Below, one piece after another: positions 19,216 through 30,169 of a stretch of DNA of 64,000 nt. Under the pieces are notes generated by a model. The model worked only from the letters and a program-made list of their open reading frames with translations, was not told where the DNA came from and searched no databases. This DNA is from Verrucomicrobiota bacterium (GTDB lineage Bacteria > Verrucomicrobiota > Verrucomicrobiia > Limisphaerales > SXQI01): assembly GCA_033762115.1 (NCBI GenBank), contig JANRLX010000093.1, positions 32,001 through 96,000 of the forward strand, read 5' to 3'. Made by a program: the position numbers and the translations under genes. The stretch's first letter is position 1. The number at the start of each line of letters is the position of its first letter.

Positions 19216-20967
19216 GTGGCGCTGAAATCGATTAAATCCATTCTTGCCGACGCGGGCCTTGCCGCTCCAACTCAATTTTCGGAGTGGAGCAAGGAATGGC
19301 GTGTCGCTGCCGAGAACGGTTCATCGGAATCGCTCCTGGCTTTTATCAGTCGTGAATCGGGCCTTGCGCAGGACACTTTCCTGGAACGCCTCGCCACAGT
19401 GCTGGGCTGGCCATTTCTTGATCTTCCCAAGGTGACGGTTACTGCCGAGGCTCAGAAAAAAATTTCAACCAAGGTCGCTTTTCAGTACCTGGTTCTCCCG
19501 ACCCATTTCGAGAATGACACCCTGCAGGTTGCTGTGAGCAATCCGTTTGATACCGCCATGCTCAATGCAGTGCAGTTTGATGCCCAATGCGCGGTTCAAT
19601 ATGCTTTGGCCCCGCGTGACGAAATCGAGAAGGCGCTTAAAAAATATTACGGGGTTGGCGCGGAAACCCTCGATGAAATGGCGGAGGAAGAACCGATTGA
19701 CCTGGACATTGCGGGTGACAAGGAAATCACTGAAGGAGACCAGGAAGCCAGTGTCATCAAGTTCGTCAACCAGGTGATCTGGGAAGCGTTCAAGGACCGC
19801 GCCACTGACATTCACTTTGAACCAGCTGAAGATGAATTGCGGATTCGGTATCGAATTGATGGGATCCTGCACCAAACTCCGATGCCTCCGCAACTCAAGC
19901 GGTTTCAGTCCGCCTTGATCTCCCGTATCAAGGTCATGTCCGGGATGAATATTTCGGAAAAGCGCCTGCCGCAGGATGGTCGTATCAACGTACGGATCAA
20001 GGGCGAGGAAATTGACATTCGTGTTTCGACTGTTCCCACTGTTTATGGGGAAAGTGTTTCACTGCGATTGCTGACCCGCGGTAAAATATTTCTCGGCCTT
20101 GAGAAGCTCGGGTTTGCTCCTGCTGAAGAGAATGCCTTGCGTGAAATCATCGTTAAACCGCACGGGATTCTGCTCGTCACCGGCCCGACAGGATCTGGAA
20201 AATCCACCTCCCTTTACGCATTTCTCAGCACCATCAATTCAGTCCATAAACGCATCATCACAATTGAAGAGCCGGTTGAGTATGAGTTGAAAGGGATTAA
20301 CCAGATTGCTGTCCGTTCGGATATTGGCCTGACCTTTGCAATGGGTCTTCGTCATATTCTGCGCCAGGATCCTAATGTCATCATGGTCGGGGAAATTCGC
20401 GATTTGGAAACTGCGGAGATCGCCATCCGCGCTGCGCTGACCGGGCACCTTGTTTTCAGCACATTACATACGAACGACGCCCCGAGCGCCTTCACCCGCT
20501 TGATTGATATGGGGATTGAACCATTCCTGGTCGCCTCCTCTGTTGAAGCTGTTTTGGCCCAGCGCCTTGTCCGCACCATTTGTGTCCATTGCAAGGTGGA
20601 GCAGAAAGTTGAAAAGGATTATCTCCGCAGGATTGGCTTTCCACCGGATGAGATCGACACTGCGAAATTCTGGCGCGGGGCCGGTTGCGAGCAATGCCGG
20701 CAACTCGGTTACCAGGGCCGTATGGGCATCTACGAATTATTATTGCTCAATGAAGCCATTCGGCCACTTATCCTCAATCGAGCGCCTGCGTCTACCATTG
20801 CCCAAAAAGCCATGGAACAGGGAATGCGCACCTTGCGCACGGATGGTTGGAACAAAGTCCGCGCTGGTTTGACAACCATCGAAGAAGTCCTTCGTGTGAC
20901 CCAAACGGAAGAGCACATGGGCGCGCTGGTTGGAGATTCTAAATCCGAGATGTGGGTGCAAGCGTGA
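19216..20967 (+). CDS. gspE: GspE/PilB family secretion or pilus ATPase
   Basis: ATDIHFEP, RLPQDGR, GPTGSGKST, LRQDPNVIMVGEIRD, TGHLVFSTLHTND and two CxxC pairs. Confidence 0.92.
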   Translation: MALKSIKSILADAGLAAPTQFSEWSKEWRVAAENGSSESLLAFISRESGLAQDTFLERLATVLGWPFLDLPKVTVTAEAQKKISTKVAFQYLVLPTHFENDTLQVAVSNPFDTAMLNAVQFDAQCAVQYALAPRDEIEKALKKYYGVGAETLDEMAEEEPIDLDIAGDKEITEGDQEASVIKFVNQVIWEAFKDRATDIHFEPAEDELRIRYRIDGILHQTPMPPQLKRFQSALISRIKVMSGMNISEKRLPQDGRINVRIKGEEIDIRVSTVPTVYGESVSLRLLTRGKIFLGLEKLGFAPAEENALREIIVKPHGILLVTGPTGSGKSTSLYAFLSTINSVHKRIITIEEPVEYELKGINQIAVRSDIGLTFAMGLRHILRQDPNVIMVGEIRDLETAEIAIRAALTGHLVFSTLHTNDAPSAFTRLIDMGIEPFLVASSVEAVLAQRLVRTICVHCKVEQKVEKDYLRRIGFPPDEIDTAKFWRGAGCEQCRQLGYQGRMGIYELLLLNEAIRPLILNRAPASTIAQKAMEQGMRTLRTDGWNKVRAGLTTIEEVLRVTQTEEHMGALVGDSKSEMWVQA

Positions 20968-22340
20968 AGCAAAAACGTGTTCATAGCTGCAATGTCTTCG
21001 AAAGCAGCCCTCATTCCCGCAATCTCTGGCAGTTCAGTGGTGTGGAGGGCCGGGTCCGCCTGGTTAATGGCTCTGCCGGACCCTCAGAAAAGGGCATTCC
21101 AAAAAACCTGGTCACCAAGGATTGGCATAATTTGATTCAACCACGGTTGAATCTCGCATGGCTCCCTGCTGAACAGGTCTTTCTGCGAGTGCTTCAACTG
21201 CCGAAAGCCGATCCCGCGGAGATCGCCTCCATGCTGGAATTTCAATTGGAAAAACTCTCTCCAATTCCAGTGGGCCAGATTGTCTGGAGTTTTGAACTGC
21301 TGCCCGGAGGTGATACCAACACACAAACGGTCCTTGCGATCATTGCTCCTCGATCCCTGGTCGAACAATTTGTAGGTGCGCTCGAAGGGGAGGGATTCAA
21401 GCCGGACCGCCTCGAACTACCGTTGCTTTACCAGATCGTAGCCGCCCCTCCGCAGAGTGACGGTATCTGGATTTATCCGGAACCGATGGACCAAGGTAAT
21501 CTTTGCCTTGTCGCATGGTGGTTCAATGGAATGTTGCAGAATCTACAGCTGGTTCACCTCCCATCGGTCGGTGACAAGGTGGCTGTGCTGCGCGAGCAAT
21601 TGGATAAGACGGCCTGGGCGGGAGAAATGGAAGGCTGGCTTGAGTTCCCGGTTCGAATTCATCTGGTCGCCTCACCTGCGGTGGCTGCCATCTGGACTGA
21701 GATGCTCAAGGAGTGGGCACAGGGTGAAATTCTTTCCTATACCCCGCTGACCAAAGATCAGGCTGCGGAATTCGCGGCACGTCGAGTGGTTGAACATGCG
21801 CCAGCGGCCAATCTTCTCCCTTCTGAGTATGGAGTCCGTTACCAGCAGGAGTTCATCGATCGTCTCTGGATGCGCGGCTTGTTTGCCATGGTTGGCCTTT
21901 ACCTGATCGGAGTCGCTGTTTATATCGCGGTGCTTTACGGGTATAAATTCAAAGCCTCCCGTATCCAGACGCAGATCACTCAGATCAGCGGTAGTTATAC
22001 AAATGCACTTCGTTTGCGCGAACGTGTGGAGGTTCTGCAGGAGCAGCTCAATTTGAAGTATGCAGCCCTGGATTCCTGGAAGGTTGCTTCAGAACTGCTT
22101 CCTGCCGAGTTGACTTTGAACTGGATGGTATTTGGCCGTGGTAAATCCCTGGAGCTGCATGGTTCAGCCCCGCAGGAGCACGCCGATAAAATCACCGATT
22201 ACAACGAAGCACTCAGAAACGTCAAAGTTGAGGACCAGCCTCTCTTCAGCCTGGTCTCTCCTCCCACTTCGAATTCACGCGGCGGCGGCAACTTGAACTG
22301 GAGCTTTACCTGTTCCTTAAACCGACAGGAATTGCAATGA
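20964..22340 (+). CDS. GspL / PilM-PilN-like assembly platform protein
   Basis: Cytoplasmic domain, ANLLP motif, one TM, then coiled coil and periplasmic domain. GTGA overlap with gspE. Confidence 0.7.
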   Translation: MKQKRVHSCNVFESSPHSRNLWQFSGVEGRVRLVNGSAGPSEKGIPKNLVTKDWHNLIQPRLNLAWLPAEQVFLRVLQLPKADPAEIASMLEFQLEKLSPIPVGQIVWSFELLPGGDTNTQTVLAIIAPRSLVEQFVGALEGEGFKPDRLELPLLYQIVAAPPQSDGIWIYPEPMDQGNLCLVAWWFNGMLQNLQLVHLPSVGDKVAVLREQLDKTAWAGEMEGWLEFPVRIHLVASPAVAAIWTEMLKEWAQGEILSYTPLTKDQAAEFAARRVVEHAPAANLLPSEYGVRYQQEFIDRLWMRGLFAMVGLYLIGVAVYIAVLYGYKFKASRIQTQITQISGSYTNALRLRERVEVLQEQLNLKYAALDSWKVASELLPAELTLNWMVFGRGKSLELHGSAPQEHADKITDYNEALRNVKVEDQPLFSLVSPPTSNSRGGGNLNWSFTCSLNRQELQ

Positions 22341-22927
22341 CCGGCTTCCTCGACAAATTGAATCTGCGACCACAGGAGAAACGCCTGGTGGTCATTGTTG
22401 GTTTTGGCATTTTTGTTCTCCTGAACTGGTGGTTCGTTCGACCTTTTTTTGGGCAATGGAGCGTGGTCCAAAACACTATCTCCCGGGCTGAATCCACCTT
22501 GGATCGCTATCAAAAGGAACTCGCAAATGTTCCCAAGTACGAAAAACAGGAAAAAACTCTTCAAACCAGCGGCTCAGACGTGCTGGATCAGGAACTTGCT
22601 CTGCAACGGATCGTGCAAACACAAGCCGCGACCACAGGGGTCATGATCAACCGTTACGATCCGCGCCCCCGCTCCTTTGGTTCCAGGACCAATCAATTCT
22701 TTGAAGATCAGGTGCTCTCCATTGATTTTACCACAGGAGGCAAGGAACTTGTGGATTTTCTCGTCAATCTGGCCACTGGGAATTCGATGATTCGGGTACG
22801 CGAAATGAGCCTGAAGCCTGATCCCAGCCAAACCCGCCTGATTGGCAGCATAACTTTTATCGCCAGTTATCAAAAGAAACCTTCCGCCGCGCGTCCTGCG
22901 ACCCCGGTGGCAAGCAACCGACGCTGA
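22337..22927 (+). CDS. GspM / PilO-like protein
   Basis: LRPQEKRL plus TM plus coiled coil plus LVDFLVNL...IRVREMSL. ATGA overlap with the upstream gene. Confidence 0.7.
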   Translation: MTGFLDKLNLRPQEKRLVVIVGFGIFVLLNWWFVRPFFGQWSVVQNTISRAESTLDRYQKELANVPKYEKQEKTLQTSGSDVLDQELALQRIVQTQAATTGVMINRYDPRPRSFGSRTNQFFEDQVLSIDFTTGGKELVDFLVNLATGNSMIRVREMSLKPDPSQTRLIGSITFIASYQKKPSAARPATPVASNRR

Positions 22928-22929
22928 TT

Positions 22930-25452
22930 ATGAAGCTCAAACCCATCCTTTTTGTTTTCTCTCTATTGCTGGCGACCATCCATGCCCAGACCAATGCTCC
23001 CGGCACCGTCGCACCAGTCCAGGTGCCTCCCGGCAATACGGTGGCTGCTCCTCCCGCATTGACTCCCGGTGCGGATGCAAACCGTCGTGTGATCCCTCGC
23101 CGAGGGACTCGATTGCCCGTTCCCGCAACTTCTTCTCAAAGCCTTCCAGCTCCCACCCTTCCGGTACCGGAAGCTGGGGCCAATGTGGATGCTGCGCCAG
23201 CAACAGATACCACTCTGCCAGCGCCCACTCTTCCAGTCCCTTCAACCGGGGCAAATACCGATCTGGCTGCTCCGGATGCCGCAGATCCAACTGCTGATGG
23301 CACCGATCCTGCCGTTGCTCCACAACAGCAGGTCACTGAACCGGTTGAAGCTCCAGCCGTTGTGGCTCCCCCGGTCGTGGTCGAAACTCCTGTGTTGCCC
23401 GTTCCCGCTCCTGTGACGCCTACCAACGCCGCTCCTTTCCGCAGCCGCATCACCCCTTCTTTTCCACGACTGCCCACTCCCGGGGGAACCAACCGGGTCA
23501 CCCTTCCATTTCCCCCGGGTAATCCAGCCGCTCCCAACCAAAATGCGTTCAGCCAAATTTCGACCAATGCAGCCGGTGAAGCCTCGCGCCTCGAAATCGA
23601 CCAAAATGATATGGTCCGTGAACGACAGCTGCAGATTTTGAACATGCCGCTGGATCAGTTTCTGAATGATTTTTATGCCCCATTGGCTCGGCGCAGTATT
23701 ATTCGCGCCACCCAGATTGCCGGCGCTTCCCCGAACGTCACCTTCATCAATCAGACAGATTTAACCCGTGAGGAAGCAGTGGCTGCTTTGGAAGGGGTGC
23801 TTGCAGCAAATAATGTCGCCCTGCTGAAAATCGGCGATAAGTTTGTCAAGGCAGTCGGCACCGCCCAGGCTGAAAAGGAAGGCGCCCCTCTCACTGAAAA
23901 GCCTTCTGGCGACATCGCTCTGAATGAAGAATTCGTCACCAAAATCGTTCAACTTTCCGTCGCCAAGCCCAGCGAGATTCAACCAACCCTCGCCACTTTC
24001 AGTAAAAGTCCCGGCGCGGTCACGGCGATCGATAGTAATAATACACTGATTCTTCGGGATTACGCCTCCAACGTAAAGCGGATGATGGATATCATCCAGC
24101 GAGTTGATGTGCAGCCACAGACAGATATGCGATTGGAAGTGATTCCGATCAAGTATGGAAAGGTCGAGGACATCTATGCCACGATGAGTGCCTTGATTTC
24201 GGATACTGGCGCGGCGGGCGGGGTTGGTGGCATCCGCAATCCTACTTTTCCTGCGACCGGAAATAACGCGTTCCGCTCAGGCGTCGGCAATAATAATTTT
24301 AATCGAGGTGGATTCAACCAGCAGAATCGCAATACCGGTTTTGGAGGAGGAAATTATTATCCGCAACAGGCCGCAGCCCCGGTCACTGCCAACCAGAATT
24401 CATTTCAAAGTCGTCTGAACAATGTGATCAATCGTGCGGCAGGTGTCCCCCCCGAAGCCAAGGTTTTGGAAAATGCAAAAATTGTTCCCGACACCCGCTC
24501 GAATACCTTGCTCATTTTTGCCAACAATCGTGATATGTCCATGATCACAAACCTCGTGCAAAAGGTTGATGTGCTGCTAGCCCAGGTCTTGCTGGAGGCG
24601 GTGATTCTCGAAGTGAAACTGGGGGATAAATATCGTCTTGGGGTTAGTGCTGTCCAGAATCCAAAGAAATTCGGCCAGGATTTCACGGGCGCAGGCGTTA
24701 TCAACAACGGGCAGCCATTCCTGAATAATTTGACCAACTTCCCCGGCGCCGCTCCAGATGGGTTCACCTATTTTGGAAAAATCAATGATACCTTCGATGT
24801 CACCGTCAATGCCCTGGCTGAAGATAGTAATATCAATATCGTTTCACGCCCCCGAATTCAAACGTCCCATGCCATTCCTGGCTTCTTCTTCATTGGTGAA
24901 ACGGTTCCGTACATCACCGGCTTTACAGATTACGGCGGATTAACCGGCAGCGGCCTTTCAACTCGTTCCTCCATTACTGAAAGAACAATCGGGCTCAACC
25001 TGGCGGTCACCCCCTTTATCACTCCGGATGGGCTGGTTGTGATGGAAATTTCTCAACAATTTGATCAACGGGGACAGGACGTTATCATTGAAAACAATCC
25101 TGTTCCCCTCGTGAACAGCCGCCAGGCGGAGGCGACCCTGACCGTCCGTGATGGGGACATGATCATGCTGGGCGGATTTATCAGTGAGAATAAAAGCAAA
25201 AACAAATCCGGTGTTCCCTTCCTGAAAGATATTCCAGGCATCGGGGCTCTTTTCCGTTCGAAGAATACTTCCAATGATCGGACTGAACTGATCATTCTGA
25301 TGAAAGCCACTGTCCTGCAAACGCCTGAAGATGCAGCCCTGATTGCAAGGTCAGAACGTGCCCAACTGCCGGGCGTTGCCGCAGCGGAACAGGAATTTGA
25401 CCGCAGCCAGGAAAAGTATAAAAAGCAGCTGAAGTCAGGAAACAGGAAATAA
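22930..25452 (+). CDS. gspD: GspD-type outer-membrane secretin
   Basis: Signal peptide, N domains (SNNTLILRD, DTRSNTLLI), QVLLEAVILEV, GVPFLKDIPGIGALF and TELII. Confidence 0.9.
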   Translation: MKLKPILFVFSLLLATIHAQTNAPGTVAPVQVPPGNTVAAPPALTPGADANRRVIPRRGTRLPVPATSSQSLPAPTLPVPEAGANVDAAPATDTTLPAPTLPVPSTGANTDLAAPDAADPTADGTDPAVAPQQQVTEPVEAPAVVAPPVVVETPVLPVPAPVTPTNAAPFRSRITPSFPRLPTPGGTNRVTLPFPPGNPAAPNQNAFSQISTNAAGEASRLEIDQNDMVRERQLQILNMPLDQFLNDFYAPLARRSIIRATQIAGASPNVTFINQTDLTREEAVAALEGVLAANNVALLKIGDKFVKAVGTAQAEKEGAPLTEKPSGDIALNEEFVTKIVQLSVAKPSEIQPTLATFSKSPGAVTAIDSNNTLILRDYASNVKRMMDIIQRVDVQPQTDMRLEVIPIKYGKVEDIYATMSALISDTGAAGGVGGIRNPTFPATGNNAFRSGVGNNNFNRGGFNQQNRNTGFGGGNYYPQQAAAPVTANQNSFQSRLNNVINRAAGVPPEAKVLENAKIVPDTRSNTLLIFANNRDMSMITNLVQKVDVLLAQVLLEAVILEVKLGDKYRLGVSAVQNPKKFGQDFTGAGVINNGQPFLNNLTNFPGAAPDGFTYFGKINDTFDVTVNALAEDSNINIVSRPRIQTSHAIPGFFFIGETVPYITGFTDYGGLTGSGLSTRSSITERTIGLNLAVTPFITPDGLVVMEISQQFDQRGQDVIIENNPVPLVNSRQAEATLTVRDGDMIMLGGFISENKSKNKSGVPFLKDIPGIGALFRSKNTSNDRTELIILMKATVLQTPEDAALIARSERAQLPGVAAAEQEFDRSQEKYKKQLKSGNRK
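23143..23275 (+). repeat. intragenic 24-codon duplication in the secretin N-terminal extension
   Basis: LPAPTLPVPEAGANVDAAP at 23143 and LPAPTLPVPSTGANTDLAAP at 23215. Confidence 0.8.
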
Positions 25453-25504
25453 TCACCTGGGCTGGAGAGTTGTTGAACAACCTGAAATGTGGAAGGATAA
25501 ATCC

Positions 25505-26101
25505 ATGAACCTGAAAATGAGAAATGTTTCCATCCTGGTTATTGTTGCCACATGCCTTATTGTGGCCTTCGCCAAAGAGACAAATCAGGTCAGCAAATCA
25601 TCACAGACCCCCGCTATGAACACAGCAAAGTCCGTCCCGGTCAGGCTCCTTGGTGCTGACGGCAAGGCCACTGAAGTCCAGTTAGTGGACAAAGTCGTGA
25701 AAAGCGATTCCGAATGGCGGAAGCAATTGACTGCCGAGCAGTACCAGATTGCCCGCGGAAAAGGAACGGAGCGCGCTTTTTGCGGGGCTTTTTATGACCA
25801 CAAAAAACCGGGCATTTACACCTGCATTTGTTGTGAATTGCCCCTTTTTGAATCCACCGCCAAATTCGATTCAGGGACCGGTTGGCCCAGTTTCTTCAAA
25901 CCTTTTGCCAGCGAGAATGTCACCACTCTCCCAGATAACAGCCATGGAATGAGGCGTGTTGAAATTCTTTGCGCACGTTGCGACGCACATCTCGGTCATG
26001 TTTTTGAAGATGGCCCAAAGCCCACCGGGTTGCGCTACTGCCTCAATTCCGCTTCGCTCGAATTCAGGCCTTCGGAAAAGACTGAAGCCGCCAGCAAATA
26101 A
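25505..26101 (+). CDS. msrB: exported peptide-methionine (R)-S-oxide reductase
   Basis: GTERAF, KFDSGTGWPSF, HLGHVF, RYCLNS and two CxxC. Signal-like N-terminus. Start uncertain. Confidence 0.93.
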   Translation: MNLKMRNVSILVIVATCLIVAFAKETNQVSKSSQTPAMNTAKSVPVRLLGADGKATEVQLVDKVVKSDSEWRKQLTAEQYQIARGKGTERAFCGAFYDHKKPGIYTCICCELPLFESTAKFDSGTGWPSFFKPFASENVTTLPDNSHGMRRVEILCARCDAHLGHVFEDGPKPTGLRYCLNSASLEFRPSEKTEAASK

Positions 26102-26137
26102 ACCGGCTCAGGATTCGAGAGATCAGGCCGGAAGAAA

Positions 26138-26223
<86 letters not shown>

Positions 26224-26464
26224 CACCGAGAAACCGTTTCAAGCCCTCGGCCCGAATTGGAGCATGGACAATTAAGCCAATCGCCCTGCCTTGTCAACGG
26301 ATGCTTTCCGCATTTGGGCTGCTTGATTCAGGGCAAGGCGACCATGCTCAAGGAGCATCGATTGGTTGTTCCATCCACGATTCTTCAAGAGAAAATTCCT
26401 GTTTGCTTCCCAGGTGGCTTTTACGAAAGATTGGCACTGCTCTTGAAATGGTTGTTGTTCCGTT

Positions 26465-26917
26465 ATGGCGGAGGAATCCCAGGTAGCGGCCATCGCTCAT
26501 GTCATCCAGTTGTCTGTAGCGCCGGTCTTTTTGCTGGCCGCAGTCAGCGGATTGCTGTCTGTGTTGACGAATCGGCTGGGGAGGATAATCGACCGTTCCC
26601 GTGTCATTGAGGAGAAATTGTCGTTGGGGGCAATAAAGGAGGGAGAGAACCAAACAGAGCGACTGGAAATCTTTTCCCGTCGTGCTCGACTGGTCAATTA
26701 TTCCATCGGCCTTTGTACCGCGTGTGCCTCGATGGTTTGTCTTGTGATCATTTCTCTTTTTGCAGGTGTGTTCTTCGAAGTGAATTATTCAAAAATGATC
26801 GGACTTCTCTTTATCGCAGCCATGTCTTCCCTGTTTGCGGCCTTGATTTTCTTTCTACGCGAAATCCTCCTGGCCACGCAGACATTGCGCATTGGAATGT
26901 TGCGGAAGAGAGTTTAA
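26465..26917 (+). CDS. DUF2721 membrane protein
   Basis: IQLSVAPVFLL...TNRLGRIIDRSR...RRARL...FLREI. Confidence 0.8.
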   Translation: MAEESQVAAIAHVIQLSVAPVFLLAAVSGLLSVLTNRLGRIIDRSRVIEEKLSLGAIKEGENQTERLEIFSRRARLVNYSIGLCTACASMVCLVIISLFAGVFFEVNYSKMIGLLFIAAMSSLFAALIFFLREILLATQTLRIGMLRKRV

Positions 26918-26991
26918 GGGAACCTCGCGATTAGGTTATATTTCCAGCATTAACCTGTTGGCTTACGGCTGAAGCATGGCATCATATCAAA

Positions 26992-29331
26992 GTGTTCAGT
27001 GGTAGCTTCAGCTTTGCGGCCCGGGATTGGATTCTCCCCGCTTCAGTGGCAGCGATCCTGATTTTGTTTCTTTCAGCAGTGACCTACTGGCGAGTCACAG
27101 GCCCTTTTTGGGTTAAGGTAACCTGCTATTTTTTTCGCGCTTTGGGTGTTTTGATCCTTACCTTTTGCCTGCTGGAACCCACCATCAACAGTTCCAGGCC
27201 CAAGCCAGGCTCAAACCATTTTGCCATTCTGGTGGACACGAGCGAGGGAATGCGGATTGCCGACAATGGACAACCGCGCTCGAATGTGGTGCGCAACACT
27301 TTATTGACCGATTCTGCGTGGCTGAAGGAATTGGAACAGACCTTCCAGTTGCAGCCTTTCTCTTTTGATGTGCGCCTTCAGCCTGCGCGCGATTGGAACG
27401 AGTTGATGTTTGATGGACGCGCCACCGCGATGGGAAATGCCCTTAAAAGCCTCGCGCAACGGAGCAAGGGCCAACCCCTTGCCGGAGTGCTTTTGCTGAC
27501 AGATGGAAATGCCACAGATATTTCCGGCGAGTTGCCGGATTTTGCAGGATTGCCGCCGGTTTATCCTGTGTTGATTGGGGATGAAAGCGCGCTCAATGAT
27601 CTTTCACTACTTGAAACAAGCGTCAGCCAAACTGCATTTGAAGATGCGCCGGTCACGATCCAGGCAAATGTGAAAGCAGCGGGTCTTTCCGGCAAAAGTG
27701 CAATCGTGCGATTGATCGAACTCGGTTCCGGCAGTAGTTCAAACAAGGTTGTGGCCGAGGAGAAGCGGACAATCAAAAGCAACGACGAATCGCTGACCTT
27801 TCGTTTTTTAGCCCGGCCATTGAAAACAGGGCTGGTTTTTTATCGTGTGGAAACCATGCTCGAGGGAACGGAGGCCTCGGAAGCTACATTGGTGAATAAC
27901 AGTCGGAGTGTGGTCGTGGACCGTGGCAGCGGTGAGCATCGAGTGCTTTACTTGAGTGGGCGTCCCAATTGGGAATATAAGTTTTTGAGCCGGGCTTTGT
28001 CTGATGATGATAAAATTCATTTAGTAGGCTTGATTCGGATTGCACGTCGTGAACCGAAATTTGCTTTCAAAGGCCGTGCGGGCGAATCGAGCAACCCGCT
28101 TTTCCGTGGATTTGATCGGCAGGATGAAGAGACAGCACGGTACGATCAACCAGTTTTGATTCGCATGAACACTCGCGATGCGGATGAATTGCGTGGAGGG
28201 TTCCCGAAACTTCCCGAAGATTTGTTTCAGTACAAAGCGGTAATCCTGGATGATGTCGAAGCCGGGTTCTTCACTGCGGACCAGCAGCAACTTCTGCAAC
28301 GATTTGTCAGTGACCGTGGTGGCGGACTATTGATGCTGGGGGGGCCTGATTCACTTCAACTCGGCAAGTACCATCGCACGCCGATTGGTGATATGCTTCC
28401 GATCTATTTGCATAGTGAAGAAAATATGGTCCCTTCCTCCGAGTTGCGCCTTGCCTTGACCCGGGAGGGGTGGCTCCAGCCATGGTTGCGATTGCGGGAC
28501 AACCAGAACGATGAGAGGACCAGGCTCGAAACCAGTGCGCCGTTCGAAATAGTGAACACCGTCGAAAGAATCAAACCGGGAGCGCTTGTCCTTGCCAATG
28601 CAGTCGATGCGTCAAATCGGTCCTATCCAGCGCTGGCAGTGCAGCGGTTTGGAGCGGGGCGCACAGCCGCGCTGGCGATCGGGGATTTTTGGCGTTTGGG
28701 TTTTGGGGAAGAACAGGCCCAGGCGGACCTTGGCAAGGCCTGGAGGCAGATGGCTCGGTGGATGGTGGCGGATGTTCCTGAGCAGATTGCCGTTGAAGCG
28801 GTACCTTCGAACGAAGCGCCTGGCGCGATGACGCTTCGGGTGCGGGCCCGGAACAAAGCCTACGAACCAGTTGAGAGTGCCACGATCAACCTGCGTGTTG
28901 AGCAGGTTTTTCCTCCCTCCACCAACTCGCTTCAATTAAGCGCGGAACCAACCCAGGAGGATCCTGATCTTTTTGCCAGCCAGTTCATTTCGCGAGACAA
29001 TGGATCGTTCAAGGTCACCGCCCAGGTCAATGATTCCAACGGGGCCCTGATCGGCGAAGCTGCGGCAGGCTGGGCAACCGATCTCGCCGCGGAGGAGTTT
29101 CGCTCATTACAACCTAACAAGGCATTGCTGGAATCCATCGCCCGAAAAACTGGTGGGGAGTTGCTGCGTGTTCCCGATTTACCCAGATTCGTAAAAAAAC
29201 TGGAAAACAGCAAAGCTCCCATTGTCGAAAGCTATACCATTGCTGCCTGGCACAATCCCCTGGTTTTCATTCTCGCGCTGGCCTGTTTCGTTGCGGAATG
29301 GGGTTTGCGCCGATTTAAAGGAATGTCGTAG
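26992..29331 (+). CDS. membrane protein with vWA-like and GATase1-like (DUF1355-type) domains
   Basis: N-terminal TMs, LVDTSEGM, LLLTDG, GRPNWEYKFL, GGGLLMLGG and C-terminal EWGLRR. Confidence 0.75.
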   Translation: MFSGSFSFAARDWILPASVAAILILFLSAVTYWRVTGPFWVKVTCYFFRALGVLILTFCLLEPTINSSRPKPGSNHFAILVDTSEGMRIADNGQPRSNVVRNTLLTDSAWLKELEQTFQLQPFSFDVRLQPARDWNELMFDGRATAMGNALKSLAQRSKGQPLAGVLLLTDGNATDISGELPDFAGLPPVYPVLIGDESALNDLSLLETSVSQTAFEDAPVTIQANVKAAGLSGKSAIVRLIELGSGSSSNKVVAEEKRTIKSNDESLTFRFLARPLKTGLVFYRVETMLEGTEASEATLVNNSRSVVVDRGSGEHRVLYLSGRPNWEYKFLSRALSDDDKIHLVGLIRIARREPKFAFKGRAGESSNPLFRGFDRQDEETARYDQPVLIRMNTRDADELRGGFPKLPEDLFQYKAVILDDVEAGFFTADQQQLLQRFVSDRGGGLLMLGGPDSLQLGKYHRTPIGDMLPIYLHSEENMVPSSELRLALTREGWLQPWLRLRDNQNDERTRLETSAPFEIVNTVERIKPGALVLANAVDASNRSYPALAVQRFGAGRTAALAIGDFWRLGFGEEQAQADLGKAWRQMARWMVADVPEQIAVEAVPSNEAPGAMTLRVRARNKAYEPVESATINLRVEQVFPPSTNSLQLSAEPTQEDPDLFASQFISRDNGSFKVTAQVNDSNGALIGEAAAGWATDLAAEEFRSLQPNKALLESIARKTGGELLRVPDLPRFVKKLENSKAPIVESYTIAAWHNPLVFILALACFVAEWGLRRFKGMS

Positions 29332-29371
29332 AGGCATTTACCTCCGGGCCATTCTTTGGCATGTTCACGCA

Positions 29372-30169
29372 GTGGAGCCGCTGATTAAACTTTCTTCCCC
29401 AGCAACAAAGGAATTTTGGAAAATCCCAATTCTGTTTGAGGACGAAACTCTCCTCGCCATCGACAAACCGGCCTGTCTGCTTGTTTCTCCGGATCGGTAT
29501 GATCCGGAACGGCCCAATATCATGAAGCTGCTCCACGCAGATATTGCGCGAAACGCTGAATGGTCACGCTTACGGAAAATCAGCTACCTTGCAAATGTGC
29601 ATAGGCTTGATTTCGAAACCAGCGGAGTGCTTCTGCTGGTGAAGGCCAAACCTGCTTTGATTCACCTTGCAGACCAGTTCGGATCAGAAAAACCGCATAA
29701 GAGATATGTCACGCTGGTCCAGGGGCATCCCCCGGAGGAGATGTTCGAGGTGGACGCAAAAATTGCAATGCACCCAATCAAGGTGGGCTTGATGCGGGTT
29801 GATCCCAAGCAGGGGAAACGTTCCCGCACGAAATTTGAAACGGTGGAACATTTTAAATCCTACACCTTTTTAAACGCTTTTCCTGAAACAGGGCGGACGC
29901 ATCAGATCCGGGTGCATGCAAAACATGCAGGTGTACCGATTGTTGGCGATGAACTTTATGGAGGCGCACCGCTGCTGCTTTCAAATCTTAAAAAAAATTA
30001 CAGTTTTAAACGTGGGGAAGAGGAGCGGCCCTTAATGGGAAGGGTGGCTCTTCATGCAGAATCGCTCACCATCACTCATCCGGTAACCGGTTCGGAGATT
30101 ACCATTGATGCTCCAATGCCAAAGGATCTGGAAGTTTCGATCAAGTACCTCAGAAAATTTGCGCAATAA
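29372..30169 (+). CDS. RluA family pseudouridine synthase
   Basis: IDKPA, HRLDFETSG, TGRTHQIRVH, GDELYG and LHA. GTG start inferred. Confidence 0.92.
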   Translation: MEPLIKLSSPATKEFWKIPILFEDETLLAIDKPACLLVSPDRYDPERPNIMKLLHADIARNAEWSRLRKISYLANVHRLDFETSGVLLLVKAKPALIHLADQFGSEKPHKRYVTLVQGHPPEEMFEVDAKIAMHPIKVGLMRVDPKQGKRSRTKFETVEHFKSYTFLNAFPETGRTHQIRVHAKHAGVPIVGDELYGGAPLLLSNLKKNYSFKRGEEERPLMGRVALHAESLTITHPVTGSEITIDAPMPKDLEVSIKYLRKFAQ

